DNA of 20,458 nucleotides from Nitrospinota bacterium (GCA_046581755.1 JAYGFR010000280.1:1-20458); one strand, 5' to 3'; counted from the first letter of the stretch, positions 8,450 through 16,873 are shown. Numbers and translations are program-made. The notes: a model not told the origin generated them from the sequence alone.

Positions 8450-9400
8450 TTAGCTCTCCTCGGGTCGGTAAAGGATTTTGATGTACCCTATAGCCAAGAT
8501 GAAAGTGGTGATCGCAATCACGTAGGAGATGGAGGCGCCATAGCCAAACTGCAAGTTACGAAACGTCTCAATGTAAGTGTACCAGGAGACGAGAGTGGTG
8601 GAGTCGCCCGGGCCCCCCTCGGTCAGGATATAAACCAAATCAAAGGTCTTGATGGACATGATAGATTGGTAGACCAGCACCAGAAGAAATGCCAGCTTGA
8701 GTCCCGGAAGGGTGATGTGCCGGAACCGGTTCAACGCGTTGGCCTGGTCCACCCTTGCGGCACTGTACAGATCTTGCGGAATAGCCTGGAGCGCCGTGAG
8801 AAACAAAATGGTCGCCAGAGGCACCTCTTTCCAGACGTAAGCGTTGACCAGGGCGTAAAGGGCCCGCGTGGGGTTGCTGAGAAAAGTCTGGTATTTGTCG
8901 AATACCCCCAAGGCCACCAAGAGGCCGTTCAGCACGCCGAAGTCGGAGTGGTAGATCCACTCCCAGATTAGGCCGTTGGCCACGTATGGAACCGCCCAGG
9001 GGATGAGGATGAGGGGGATACTCCAGCGGGCGCCCCGGCCCAACTCGTTTAAAGCCAGCGCAAACACGAGCCCCAAAAGCGCCACCACAGCCACGGCGAG
9101 CACTACGAAGGTGACGGTGTTCCCCAGGGCGATGTAAAACTCCTCGCTCTCCAGAAAGGTGATGTAGTTCTCCAAACCCACGTAAGGATTTCGGTGTGGC
9201 CGTTTGAGATTGTAGACGTGCAGGCTGACGTAAAAGGAATGAAGAATCGGATAAATGTTGAGCAACAACATCAGAAGAAGGGCGGGCCCCACAAAGAGCG
9301 GGGCGACCCCTTTGTCGGTATGCAGCCGCCGGGCGAGCCAACCGCGGACGCCCATCATGTCGGAGGGCTTGACCTTCTCCGAGATATGCACTTCAGCCAA
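8450..9400 (-). CDS. CUT1 ABC permease, MalF-like (start uncertain: TTG at 9400 or an internal ATG)
   Basis: VGLENY, EAA loop LQAIPQDLYSAARVD, FRHITLP, and LTEGGPGDST. Confidence 0.94.
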   Translation of the reverse strand: MAEVHISEKVKPSDMMGVRGWLARRLHTDKGVAPLFVGPALLLMLLLNIYPILHSFYVSLHVYNLKRPHRNPYVGLENYITFLESEEFYIALGNTVTFVVLAVAVVALLGLVFALALNELGRGARWSIPLILIPWAVPYVANGLIWEWIYHSDFGVLNGLLVALGVFDKYQTFLSNPTRALYALVNAYVWKEVPLATILFLTALQAIPQDLYSAARVDQANALNRFRHITLPGLKLAFLLVLVYQSIMSIKTFDLVYILTEGGPGDSTTLVSWYTYIETFRNLQFGYGASISYVIAITTFILAIGYIKILYRPEES

Positions 9401-9416
9401 GACACCCCCCCCCTCT

Positions 9417-9455
9417 CCCCTCCCCCCTCGATCTCTATGTGAGCGAGGGGAGGGG
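9417..9455. repeat. GC-rich intergenic stem-loop between the SBP gene and the first permease gene
   Basis: cccctcccccctcg ... cgaggggagggg inverted repeat with a bulge and no U-tract. The position is typical of hairpins that stabilise SBP mRNA. Confidence 0.55.
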
Positions 9456-9469
9456 CCTTCTTAGGCGAA

Positions 9470-10816
9470 TTAGCGGTAGCGCTTCTTAAGCTTCATCCAC
9501 TGCTTAGCCAAGGTCTTGAGAGTGCCAACCGAATCCGCTTGGCCGAGAAGGGCCTTGTGAATGCGCGGCCGCATGTACTGGTCCCACTCGGCATACCAGA
9601 TGGCCTTCTGTCCGTCCTTGGGTTTGCTGAGCTTCATCTGCCTCTCGAAGAGGCCCGCCTCGCCCCACTTGTTGGCAGCGGCCACTACGTCGGGGTCCTT
9701 GAAGAGCGAGGCATGGCCGAAGCCTAGGCCGAACTCGGTAAACCACTTCTTGGCGGTGCGGTAGGTGCCGGTTTTGTCCTTTCCGCCCAGGAAATCCACC
9801 ATCTTCCATGCCATCGCCTTGCGCTCGGGATCCTTCGCGGCCAGGGCTGTCATGCTGTAGCTCCGAGTCCATCCGCAGACGTAAGGCTCTGAGCCGCCCG
9901 CGGTGGGCATGAGCGCCATTTTCACTTTTCCCGCCACTTGGGAGGACTTGGGCTCGTTGGCCGCGCGCAGCCGGTAGTTGGGAAGTATGGTGAAAGCTCC
10001 TTTGCCGATGCTGAAGGCCTTGAGGGCAGCCACCTCGTTGAGTTCCATATAGCCCGGTTGGATGATCTTGTGTTTGTTCACCCCATCGATGAGCCACTGG
10101 ATGGTCTGCGCGGCGGCGGAATCCTTCTGGGCGTAGTTAACGGGATTGTAGTTTTTGTCCACCACCCCTCCGCCTCGGCTGTACATCATGGTGTACAGCA
10201 TCTCCCCCATCCAAAAGTCAGCTTTAAGGAATTGAAGGAAGGGATACTCCTGAACCCCTTTGCTCTTGATTTGGAGGCTCTGCTGCAACACCTCGTCCCA
10301 GGTCTTGGGCGGGGCACTGATACCCGCTTTCTCGAGATACTCCTCGTTGTAAAGGAAGGCCATGTGCCCTACGTAATAGGGCAGCCCGTAGAGTTTGCCA
10401 TTGTAGGTGAGCGCCTCCGAGGTTGGGCCAATGAAATCTTTTTTGTATTCATCAACCCGCGGGAACTCGTCGATGGGATAGAGCCAGCCCGCCTCAACGA
10501 ACTCGGCGATATGGCCGTCGATCATGTAGAGGACATCCAGAGGGGCCTTTCCGGAGAACTTGACAACGAGGGTATCGTGGTACTTGCTACCCGGCGTGTT
10601 GCCGTAGTTGATCTTGACGTTCGCCAGTTTTTCGAACTCGCTGATCCGCTGCTTCACAAAGCTAATGCCGTAGGTCCAACTGTAAAAGTTGAGCGTCTTC
10701 ACCGCCGCCGTCGCACGACGGATGGCACGAAAGGGCAACGCCACAGCGGCCGTGCAAAGCGCAGCGGTTCTCAAAAATTTCCTGCGGCTCCAACGACGCA
10801 GTCCTGACCTGCTCAT
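9470..10816 (-). CDS. Extracellular solute-binding protein (family 1) with twin-arginine signal peptide
   Basis: SRRKFLR Tat motif with an AxA-like cleavage region; YNGKLYGLPY, LYNEEYLEKAGI..PPKTWDE; RBS AGGAGGAG. Confidence 0.93.
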   Translation of the reverse strand: MSRSGLRRWSRRKFLRTAALCTAAVALPFRAIRRATAAVKTLNFYSWTYGISFVKQRISEFEKLANVKINYGNTPGSKYHDTLVVKFSGKAPLDVLYMIDGHIAEFVEAGWLYPIDEFPRVDEYKKDFIGPTSEALTYNGKLYGLPYYVGHMAFLYNEEYLEKAGISAPPKTWDEVLQQSLQIKSKGVQEYPFLQFLKADFWMGEMLYTMMYSRGGGVVDKNYNPVNYAQKDSAAAQTIQWLIDGVNKHKIIQPGYMELNEVAALKAFSIGKGAFTILPNYRLRAANEPKSSQVAGKVKMALMPTAGGSEPYVCGWTRSYSMTALAAKDPERKAMAWKMVDFLGGKDKTGTYRTAKKWFTEFGLGFGHASLFKDPDVVAAANKWGEAGLFERQMKLSKPKDGQKAIWYAEWDQYMRPRIHKALLGQADSVGTLKTLAKQWMKLKKRYR

Positions 10817-10899
10817 GTCCTCTCCTCCTACTCCGCCCTAGAGAACCATTCCCCGCACGGTTCGGGCGCTCTACCGCCGGGGCGGGAGCAAACTTCAAC

Positions 10900-10916
10900 T
10901 GTGAAACGAGATCACA
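10900..10916. promoter_or_regulatory. Palindromic putative operator TGTGA-N7-TCACA upstream of the ABC operon
   Basis: tgtgaaacgagatcaca lies immediately beside a minus-strand TATATT (-10-like). The spacer is 7 bp, not the 6 bp of a CRP site. Confidence 0.35.
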
Positions 10917-11105
10917 ATATAGCCTACCTCGGTATCGTGAATAAATACTTCAAAGCGAAAAGGACGGCTATCGGCGCTCTTGAGTGGAATAATTCATAGC
11001 CTAAAAACCCGAGAGGACAAAAGTACCTCCAGGGGGCGCTCCCACCATTTCAGGTCCTCGCAAACCTCACTCGAAAACCGCAAGAAATATTCTTAGGATA
11101 GCAGA

Positions 11106-11134
11106 ATTCTATCGATCATCGAGTGCATCGTCAA
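11106..11134 (-). promoter_or_regulatory. Sigma70-type promoter facing the ABC operon
   Basis: Minus strand TTGACG (11134-11129), 17-bp spacer, TAGAAT (11111-11106). Confidence 0.6.
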
Positions 11135-11157
11135 CCTTATTTTGAAAACCAGGCAAC

Positions 11158-11184
11158 AAAAAGAGCGCACGCTGGGGTGTGCTC
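11158..11184 (-). terminator. Possible intrinsic terminator for minus-strand transcription
   Basis: Minus strand GAGCACAC-cccagc-GTGCGCTC (one mismatch) followed by TTTTT. Confidence 0.45.
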
Positions 11185-11270
11185 CGCAAAATTAGACCAC
11201 TTCGAAAATCAATGCTTTTGAATTCCGATAATAAAATCATTCAGACAAGAATTTAAGACTCAATCGTCTA

Positions 11271-11395
11271 TTTGGACAGGACGGCCTGGACGCGGGCGAC
11301 TGGGAAACGGCCAAGGCGGAGGTCAAAAAACGGGGCGGACTCTTCGGCAACACCGAGGTCACCTACGACCCGGAGAAGTGGGACTACGAGAACCA
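11271..11395 (+). pseudogene. Orphan coding fragment of unknown family
   Basis: Abrupt GC-rich stretch with G/C-ending codons: FGQDGLDAGDWETAKAEVKKRGGLFGNTEVTYDPEKWDYEN. No start codon after the in-frame TAA at 11232. Confidence 0.4.
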
Positions 11396-11779
11396 TCAGC
11401 TGGCTCCTCCCTCTTCCTCGCGCGGCTCGATAAGCTCCAGGCGCGTTCCTTCCGTGAGCATCCCCAGCCGGTAGAAGGAATGAGCGAGCATCTGGGGAGA
11501 GCGGATCAGGCGCACCCGCTCGTGGCGGTTCATCAACAAGCGCACAGCGTCCACCAAGCGTGTGACGGAAAGGCCATCAGCCAGCTCGGCCTCTTCCATC
11601 ATCAACTCCACCAAACCGCTCAGGCCCGGGTGGGCTTCAAACGCCTCGAAAATGCGTCCCGCGCCATTGAAGTCTATGTCCCCCAGGAGGACGTACCCCA
11701 CCCCCCCATCGAGCTCGAACCGCAGGAGTTCGAATTCCGAATCGAATACCACCAATTGTGGATGCGCGGACCCGGACAT
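11396..11779 (-). CDS. STAS-domain-like protein
   Basis: LLGDIDFNGAGRIFEAF...VELMMEEAELADGLSVTRLVDAVRLL...RVRLIRSPQMLAHSFYRLGM follows the STAS pattern. RBS AGAGGAG precedes ATG 11779. Confidence 0.6.
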   Translation of the reverse strand: MSGSAHPQLVVFDSEFELLRFELDGGVGYVLLGDIDFNGAGRIFEAFEAHPGLSGLVELMMEEAELADGLSVTRLVDAVRLLMNRHERVRLIRSPQMLAHSFYRLGMLTEGTRLELIEPREEEGGAS

Positions 11780-13021
11780 GGAATTCCGCTCCTCTAAAAC
11801 CGACATTTCTCGGTTGGTTCCTTGGATGAAGTGATTCTACCATAATAGGACCACTCGATAGGCTGACATGCCCCAGTGCTCCGTAAATATTTACTCCCCC
11901 CATAAAATGAATGTTTTGCCGGGGATATTTGATCGGATCGACGCGGCGAGAATGCCTGGATCATATTATTCCACTGACCGGGGGCCATCTTTGGCGAATT
12001 CTCAATTGTTGGGTCTCCTTACTACAACCAGACAAGACCGCATTCAGCACCTGGGCCGGGAGTTCCCGAGCCGAAGAACGTCCCTGTCCCCTTACAACGG
12101 GACCGGCATCGAATTGCTAACGGCAAAAAGTAATCTCGAAGGATGAGCGAAATGGGCCCCGCCGTGAATATTGCCTTATCTCTCATGCAGCATTACGGTG
12201 GATGGAGTTTTTGCGGAGTAAACTGGAATAGCAGGAACCCAAATCGATATTCACCATACCCCCCTGGCATGAAAATATATTACGGGTTTCGGAATGAGGC
12301 CGGGAGACCAGGGAATTGTGGCCCAGCCGCATGATTCAGATTCCGACGGTCAAAATTATTTCTTGTCTATGAAATGAGGAATAGAGGGAACTGCAACAAT
12401 GAATAAAATGGCCACAATCCCTTTGGAGCGCCATAAAAAAAAAAGAATAATGACAGAAATTTATTTCTCGTTATTTGGCGCATGGATATCCCAGTTCCTG
12501 AATATGGGGGCTCCCTTAAAATTAAGGTAGAGGATATTTCCATTTATAAATGGGGAATAGGGACTGCTGAAATGGCTGATGTTCATTCAAATCACCACCC
12601 TGGGCAGAAGCGGGCAAATCTAATTTTCACATACATAATTGAAAGTATGTATTTTAATGCATAGGCAGCATGGAAGTAATTGACAATACCTATCTATTTG
12701 AATACACTAGAGAGTATAGTATTTGCAATTATCGTGATTTGGAAGCTCTCTTTCATTGTGCCGGCGGCAACCAGGGCCGATTTTCTGTTGGTGAATTTCC
12801 CTATGGAAATCCAGCCAATTGCTGGCAATTGGCTGGAGGGCTTCCGGGAGCCGTTGTATTCCTGTCAAAAGGAGATAATCGGGCCTTTCTATATGGTTAT
12901 CGATTATCACTGAAGCAAAAATGAGGCCCGGGGAGCATCCCCCCCTGGCCGTTGTGCTGTCTGTTTGATGGGCTGGTCATTGAAGCATAGTTTCTGCCTA
13001 ATGTGGTCTATTTTGATAAGA

Positions 13022-13036
13022 TGAGAATCAATTTCA
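13022..13036. promoter_or_regulatory. Possible Fur-family box
   Basis: TGAGAAT-C-AATTTCA matches 11 of 14 positions of the 7-1-7 consensus TGATAAT-N-ATTATCA, about 25 bp upstream of the 13062 gene. Confidence 0.35.
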
Positions 13037-13061
13037 AACCAAGCTGCATGGAGATCTTCCC

Positions 13062-13829
13062 ATGAAATCCGGGCGTTGGGTATGGACCCCGAGCAGCTAT
13101 CGAAAGCGAATCGTTTGTCCGCCGTTTTGGATGATTCTGGCGGTCCTTTTCATCCTTTTAAATCTCTACGAAGGTAAAGCGCGTCTGGGCGCTGAAGGCG
13201 TGGGGCAGAGACCAATCGAAATTCGTTTCGGAAGCGAAACAAATGGTGTTCCCTGGGAGTTGAGGCCGGAGAAGGAGAGTTTGCTCGTCATCCCGGGAGA
13301 AGCGGTTCGCGGGGTATTTCGGCTGAAGAGTCTTGCCTCCCGCCAGCGGACGGTTCTCGTCCGTCACAAATTCGATCCCCCCGAGATGATTCGCTATTTG
13401 CCCACCCTTGAATGTGGGCTCCAGTTCACCATTACGATGGATCCGGGAGAGGAGCAGGAATTTGAAAGCGAGTTCTTCCTCCGGGAAGGCGTTCCGAATG
13501 GAAGCGGGCCGATTCGAATTGTTTTCACGTTTGAACTTTTGGATGAACCATACGGCTCCAAGGAGTTGAAACGGGGGCGGGATATTTACCTCAGCCGGTG
13601 TACCACCTGCCACGGATCGGACGGCAAGGGCGAAACCTTCCTGTCCAAACGGTTTCCGGCGCCGCCGGCCGACCTTCGGGCCTCGGTCCGGGAGAGGAAC
13701 GACTGGCAGCTTCTTCGTTTTCTCACTGAGGGCAAGGGAATGATGCCCGCCTTCTCTCCGGCCATCGATGAGAATGAGCTCCGCAATGTCGTCCATTATC
13801 TCCGTACGAAATGGGGAGATAAAAGATGA
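13062..13829 (+). CDS. CtaG/Cox11-like domain fused to a C-terminal class I cytochrome c
   Basis: N-terminal hydrophobic anchor; IRF......VPWELRPEKESLLVIPGE....F, PPE..RY...EC and MDPGEE match the Cox11 pattern; then GRDIYLSRCTTCHGSDGKG and axial-Met motif GKGMMPAF. Confidence 0.8.
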   Translation: MKSGRWVWTPSSYRKRIVCPPFWMILAVLFILLNLYEGKARLGAEGVGQRPIEIRFGSETNGVPWELRPEKESLLVIPGEAVRGVFRLKSLASRQRTVLVRHKFDPPEMIRYLPTLECGLQFTITMDPGEEQEFESEFFLREGVPNGSGPIRIVFTFELLDEPYGSKELKRGRDIYLSRCTTCHGSDGKGETFLSKRFPAPPADLRASVRERNDWQLLRFLTEGKGMMPAFSPAIDENELRNVVHYLRTKWGDKR

Positions 13830-14422
13830 TGCGTATGATTCCCTTTGTTCTTGCGGCGTTTCTCATAACCTTTTCGTCCTACGCCGCCGCGCACCATGGC
13901 CCTGGCGATGCCAAGGCCAGGCCGGCCGAGATAAACCGGGATGCCCCCCCATTTCGCCTGACGGCGCAGGACGGCAGGCGCGTGGCGCTGTCGGATTTTC
14001 GTGGAAACATTGTTTTGCTCAGTTTTATTTATACGACCTGCATCGATTTATGTCCCTTTGTTACGGCGGACATGATGTCCGTTTTTCGGCGCGACCGGAA
14101 GGCGGGAAGGCGTAACCTGCGGCTTTTATTTATCGCCACGGACCCGGAAGTGGACAAGCCCCGCGTCCTCCTCTCATACGCCGAGCGCTACGGCGCCGAC
14201 CTGAGCGTATCGACATTCCTCACGGGTACAGAGGCGGAACTTCGCCCCGTTTGGGGATCCTATGGCGTCAAGGTGTCCAAAAAAGCGCGCGGGCTCGTCG
14301 AGCATACGATGGTCACGGTCCTTATCGATTCGGATGGGAAAATTCGGCGGCGGTACCTTGGCGGGCGAATTGAGCTCGATCAAGTTTTAAAGGATATCGC
14401 GATAGTTCGGGCGGAGGCGTAG
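13826..14422 (+). CDS. SCO/SenC family copper chaperone
   Basis: Signal peptide, APPFRLTAQDGRRVALSDFRG, FIYTTCIDLCP (CxxxC), TDPEVD and conserved His in VEHT. ATGA overlap with the upstream gene. Confidence 0.95.
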   Translation: MMRMIPFVLAAFLITFSSYAAAHHGPGDAKARPAEINRDAPPFRLTAQDGRRVALSDFRGNIVLLSFIYTTCIDLCPFVTADMMSVFRRDRKAGRRNLRLLFIATDPEVDKPRVLLSYAERYGADLSVSTFLTGTEAELRPVWGSYGVKVSKKARGLVEHTMVTVLIDSDGKIRRRYLGGRIELDQVLKDIAIVRAEA

Positions 14423-14570
14423 GAATTTATCAGCCTCGAAAATGTTTGAATCGATCGGTCGTAAAACAAAGATTTTGAGAAAAAGATGTTCTCGGCGGCT
14501 GTGGGCCGCGCTCGGGATGGGGGTCCGGACATCGCCCCGGGCCGGGATAATCGAGAAGGAGATTTGGGAG

Positions 14571-15567
14571 ATGATGAAAAGAAATTTTACGGCGGCTCTG
14601 GCCATTTTCGCAATGGTGTCTCTTTTTGCATTTTCAGGTCCGGCTGGCGCGGCGAAGAAAATCAAGATTCCGCCCGGCAAGGCGATCGATCGCCGGATTA
14701 TCGAAAATGGAAAAGTCACCGCCCAGGGCGTCAAGGCCGTTAAGCAGATTTCTCGGGCGAATCTGGTGCTCTACCTGGCGGGCAATCAGTTCATGGCGAT
14801 GGGTGACGTCATCGGCGCGTTTCAAAAAACCCATCCCGGCGTGAAAAAAGTTTTCGTGGAAACCCTCCCGCCGGGGCTGATCCTCAGGCAAATCCTCCGG
14901 GGAGGCGGTGTCTTCAAGGGAGTCACCGTTCCTCCCTACCCGGATATATACGCCAGCGTAAACATCAAGCATCTCAAACGACTGGCCAAAAAAGGGTTGA
15001 TGACCCATTCGAGGCTTTATCTACATAACAAGCTCGAAATCATGGTGCCAAGGGAAACCCGAAGAGGATCAAATCCCCTCTCGATTTCATCAAGCCTGGG
15101 ATTAAAAACTCGCACCCGAACCTGACGACCGAGGGCATCGCGAAGTTCTACATCTCGGCGATGTGGAAGATTTACGGCGGCAACGATCTGTTCATGAAAA
15201 TCTCGAACGGGAAGACCTGCTTCGCGTGCGATGCCGGAAACAACCGGACCTGGTTTACCCAGGTTCACCACCGGGAGCCGGCCAAGCGGATCCTGGATGG
15301 CCGGTCACACGCGGGTATCGTCTGGGTCACCGAAATTCTGCATGCCCAGAGAACGGGCAAGGTGGTCGAGGGCGTCAAAATTCCGGCGCCCTACAACCTG
15401 GCGGCCAAGGTCAACTACGCCATCGGGGCGGTAACGGAGGGGCGCAACCGGGCCAACGCCGAGGCCTATCTGAAATGGCTGGCCACCCCGGCGGCGAAAG
15501 CCGCCTACGCCAAGCATCACTTTGTGCCCGCACAGGGGCGGAGTTGTCGCCGATGGCGCTCAAATAA
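14571..15567 (+). pseudogene. ModA-like periplasmic oxyanion-binding protein with two single-base frameshifts (about 15048 and 15531)
   Basis: Signal peptide, AGNQFMAM and VETLPPG. Restoring one base gives MV-x-KGNPKRIKSPLDF...HPN.TTEGI, then VHHRE, AGIVW.TE, NYAIG and A.AYLKWL. A second restoration gives FVPATGAELSPMALK*. Confidence 0.8.
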
Positions 15568-15614
15568 CCGGGCTTCGTGAACCCGGCATCCGGATTGCGG
15601 TGCGGGATTTTTTT
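15568..15614 (+). terminator. Possible intrinsic terminator
   Basis: GC-rich hairpins (ccggg..cccgg; cccggcatcc..ggtgcggg) followed by TTTTTTT, just after the reconstructed stop. Confidence 0.35.
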
Positions 15615-15636
15615 CGGAAAAAAAGGAGACGATGAA

Positions 15637-15895
15637 ATGATGAGCGGATTGAGCCAGAAAAATTTTCTGAAAGCAGACATGGCTGTGGCCGTCGCGGGTC
15701 TTTTTGTCGCGGGGATCGGGGTAAAGATGGCGGTTGCCGGTCACACGGCGCACAACTCGAAAAAGCACAAGATGATTCTGCAGTTGAACGATCCAAGATG
15801 GAAGCACGCCATGTTCGTTCTGGGAAACGCCAAGAACATTTTTAAGGGCGTCGGCGCGAAAAATATTGATCTGGAGCTGGTGGTGTTCGGCCCGG
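15637..15895 (+). pseudogene. Exported DsrE-family protein, 3'-truncated
   Basis: RBS AAGGAG; degenerate Tat-like SQKNFLK; HKMILQLND....VLGNAKNI......IDLELVVFGP, after which similarity ends abruptly. Confidence 0.75.
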
Positions 15896-15949
15896 CTCCT
15901 CCACCCCACTCGTCTGGACATACAGGATGCTTTTTTCGTCTTCGCTCAC
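15892..15949 (-). pseudogene. N-terminal stub of a second DsrE-family gene (third gene of the tusA-dsrE2 operon)
   Basis: GGAGAG RBS and GTG at 15949, 14 bp after the dsrE2 stop: MSEDEKSILYVQTSGVEEP, resembling the ILYVQTSG...P start of DsrE/peroxiredoxin-like proteins. Confidence 0.6.
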
Positions 15950-15963
15950 GAAACTCTCCACAC

Positions 15964-16560
15964 CTAAATAAACATGCTCACATTGGCGGATGAGGCATAA
16001 TCAAGGAACGTCGTCGCCCCGCATACCTCGCAACCTTCGATCAAGTCCTCCTCGACAACTCCCATCATTCCCATTGTGGTTCCGCAGGCGAACATCCGCA
16101 CGTCGGATTCCATGGAAATTTCCATCATTTCCGGAAGCGTGGGAATTTTTGCCTTGGCGATCCAGCTTTTCATCATTGCCGTCGCCACCGCAGTCATTCC
16201 CGGAAGGGCGGAGATCAGATTCGGTACCTTGAGGAAAGGCAACGCAGGAATCGGAGGCGGCATCGCCGGGTTTCCGATGGGACCCACTTTCAGCGATTTA
16301 TAGCGATCCTTGTGCAGGATATCCAGACCGTAAAAAGTAAAGAAAATCCCGACTTCCCATCCCAGACTCACCGCAGTGGTGGCGAGAATGAAGGGAGGGT
16401 AGGCCATATCCAGAGTGCCCTTGGATGCCACCATCGCAAGACGCGGAGTTTTCTCTTCTTTGGGTTGGCTTGCCAGCGCCTCGGCAACCCCATCCTTAAT
16501 TTTTCGATCAATATATTCCTGGAGCTTTGGGTCGAGCAAGGTTTGCTCATCGACACCCAT
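15964..16560 (-). CDS. dsrE2: DsrE2-type (DsrE/DsrF/DrsH-like) sulfurtransferase
   Basis: SKGTLDMAYPPFILATTA..LG.EV.IFFTFYGL and active-site region FAC..TM.MMG, G...FL. RBS AAGGAG precedes ATG 16560, so the track start at 16674 is too long. Confidence 0.9.
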   Translation of the reverse strand: MGVDEQTLLDPKLQEYIDRKIKDGVAEALASQPKEEKTPRLAMVASKGTLDMAYPPFILATTAVSLGWEVGIFFTFYGLDILHKDRYKSLKVGPIGNPAMPPPIPALPFLKVPNLISALPGMTAVATAMMKSWIAKAKIPTLPEMMEISMESDVRMFACGTTMGMMGVVEEDLIEGCEVCGATTFLDYASSANVSMFI

Positions 16561-16589
16561 CTCTATCTCCTTTGGCGCAGCGATCGGGC

Positions 16590-16829
16590 CTATTTCGTCA
16601 GACGAATGTAAAAGGTGTAGACTTTTTCCTCCTCCGATGCGCTGAGGAGTTCGTGCCCCGTTTGTCTCGCCCATGCTTCCATATCCGGCATCGACCCCGG
16701 ATCCGTGGCCACCATCTTCAAAACCTGGCCCACCTCCATTTGCTTGACAGTTTTCGATGTCCTAATAATCGGGACAGGGCAAAGAAGCCCCTGGCAATCT
16801 AACTCTTGGTCAGCCACCGGTAACTCCAT
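16590..16829 (-). CDS. tusA: Sulfurtransferase TusA family protein
   Basis: LDCQGLLCPVP (CPxP), GQVL..VATDPGS..D..AW, G.ELL; 79 aa; RBS AGGAG. Confidence 0.96.
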   Translation of the reverse strand: MELPVADQELDCQGLLCPVPIIRTSKTVKQMEVGQVLKMVATDPGSMPDMEAWARQTGHELLSASEEEKVYTFYIRLTK

Positions 16830-16853
16830 ACTGAACTCCTATCTGAATACTGC

Positions 16854-16871
16854 TATACTGGGTAGAGTATA
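16854..16871. promoter_or_regulatory. CsoR/CstR-type operator overlapping the predicted tusA transcription start
   Basis: TATAC-TGGGTAGA-GTATA palindrome immediately downstream of the -10 box. Confidence 0.7.
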
Positions 16872-16873
16872 TA

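Noticed and set aside
9938..10807. 289-aa + strand ORF
   Set aside because: Antisense to the solute-binding protein gene.
10900..10916. CRP binding site
   Set aside because: Half-sites are 7 bp apart instead of 6; kept only as a generic palindrome.
12101..12120. Sigma54 promoter (GGCATCGAATTGC), and a similar TGGCAT near 1675
   Set aside because: GG-to-GC spacing is 9 bp here and does not reach 10 at the other site; sigma54 needs exactly 10.
12482..12924. Short ORFs of 60-84 aa in the AT-rich gap
   Set aside because: Mutually overlapping, no motifs, and codon usage unlike the real genes.
15052..15058. GGGAAAC as a programmed -1 frameshift site in the ModA-like gene
   Set aside because: In the upstream frame it is phased GG GAA AC, not G GGA AAC. 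It simply encodes Gly-Asn of the KGNP motif in the repaired frame, and a second indel exists downstream.
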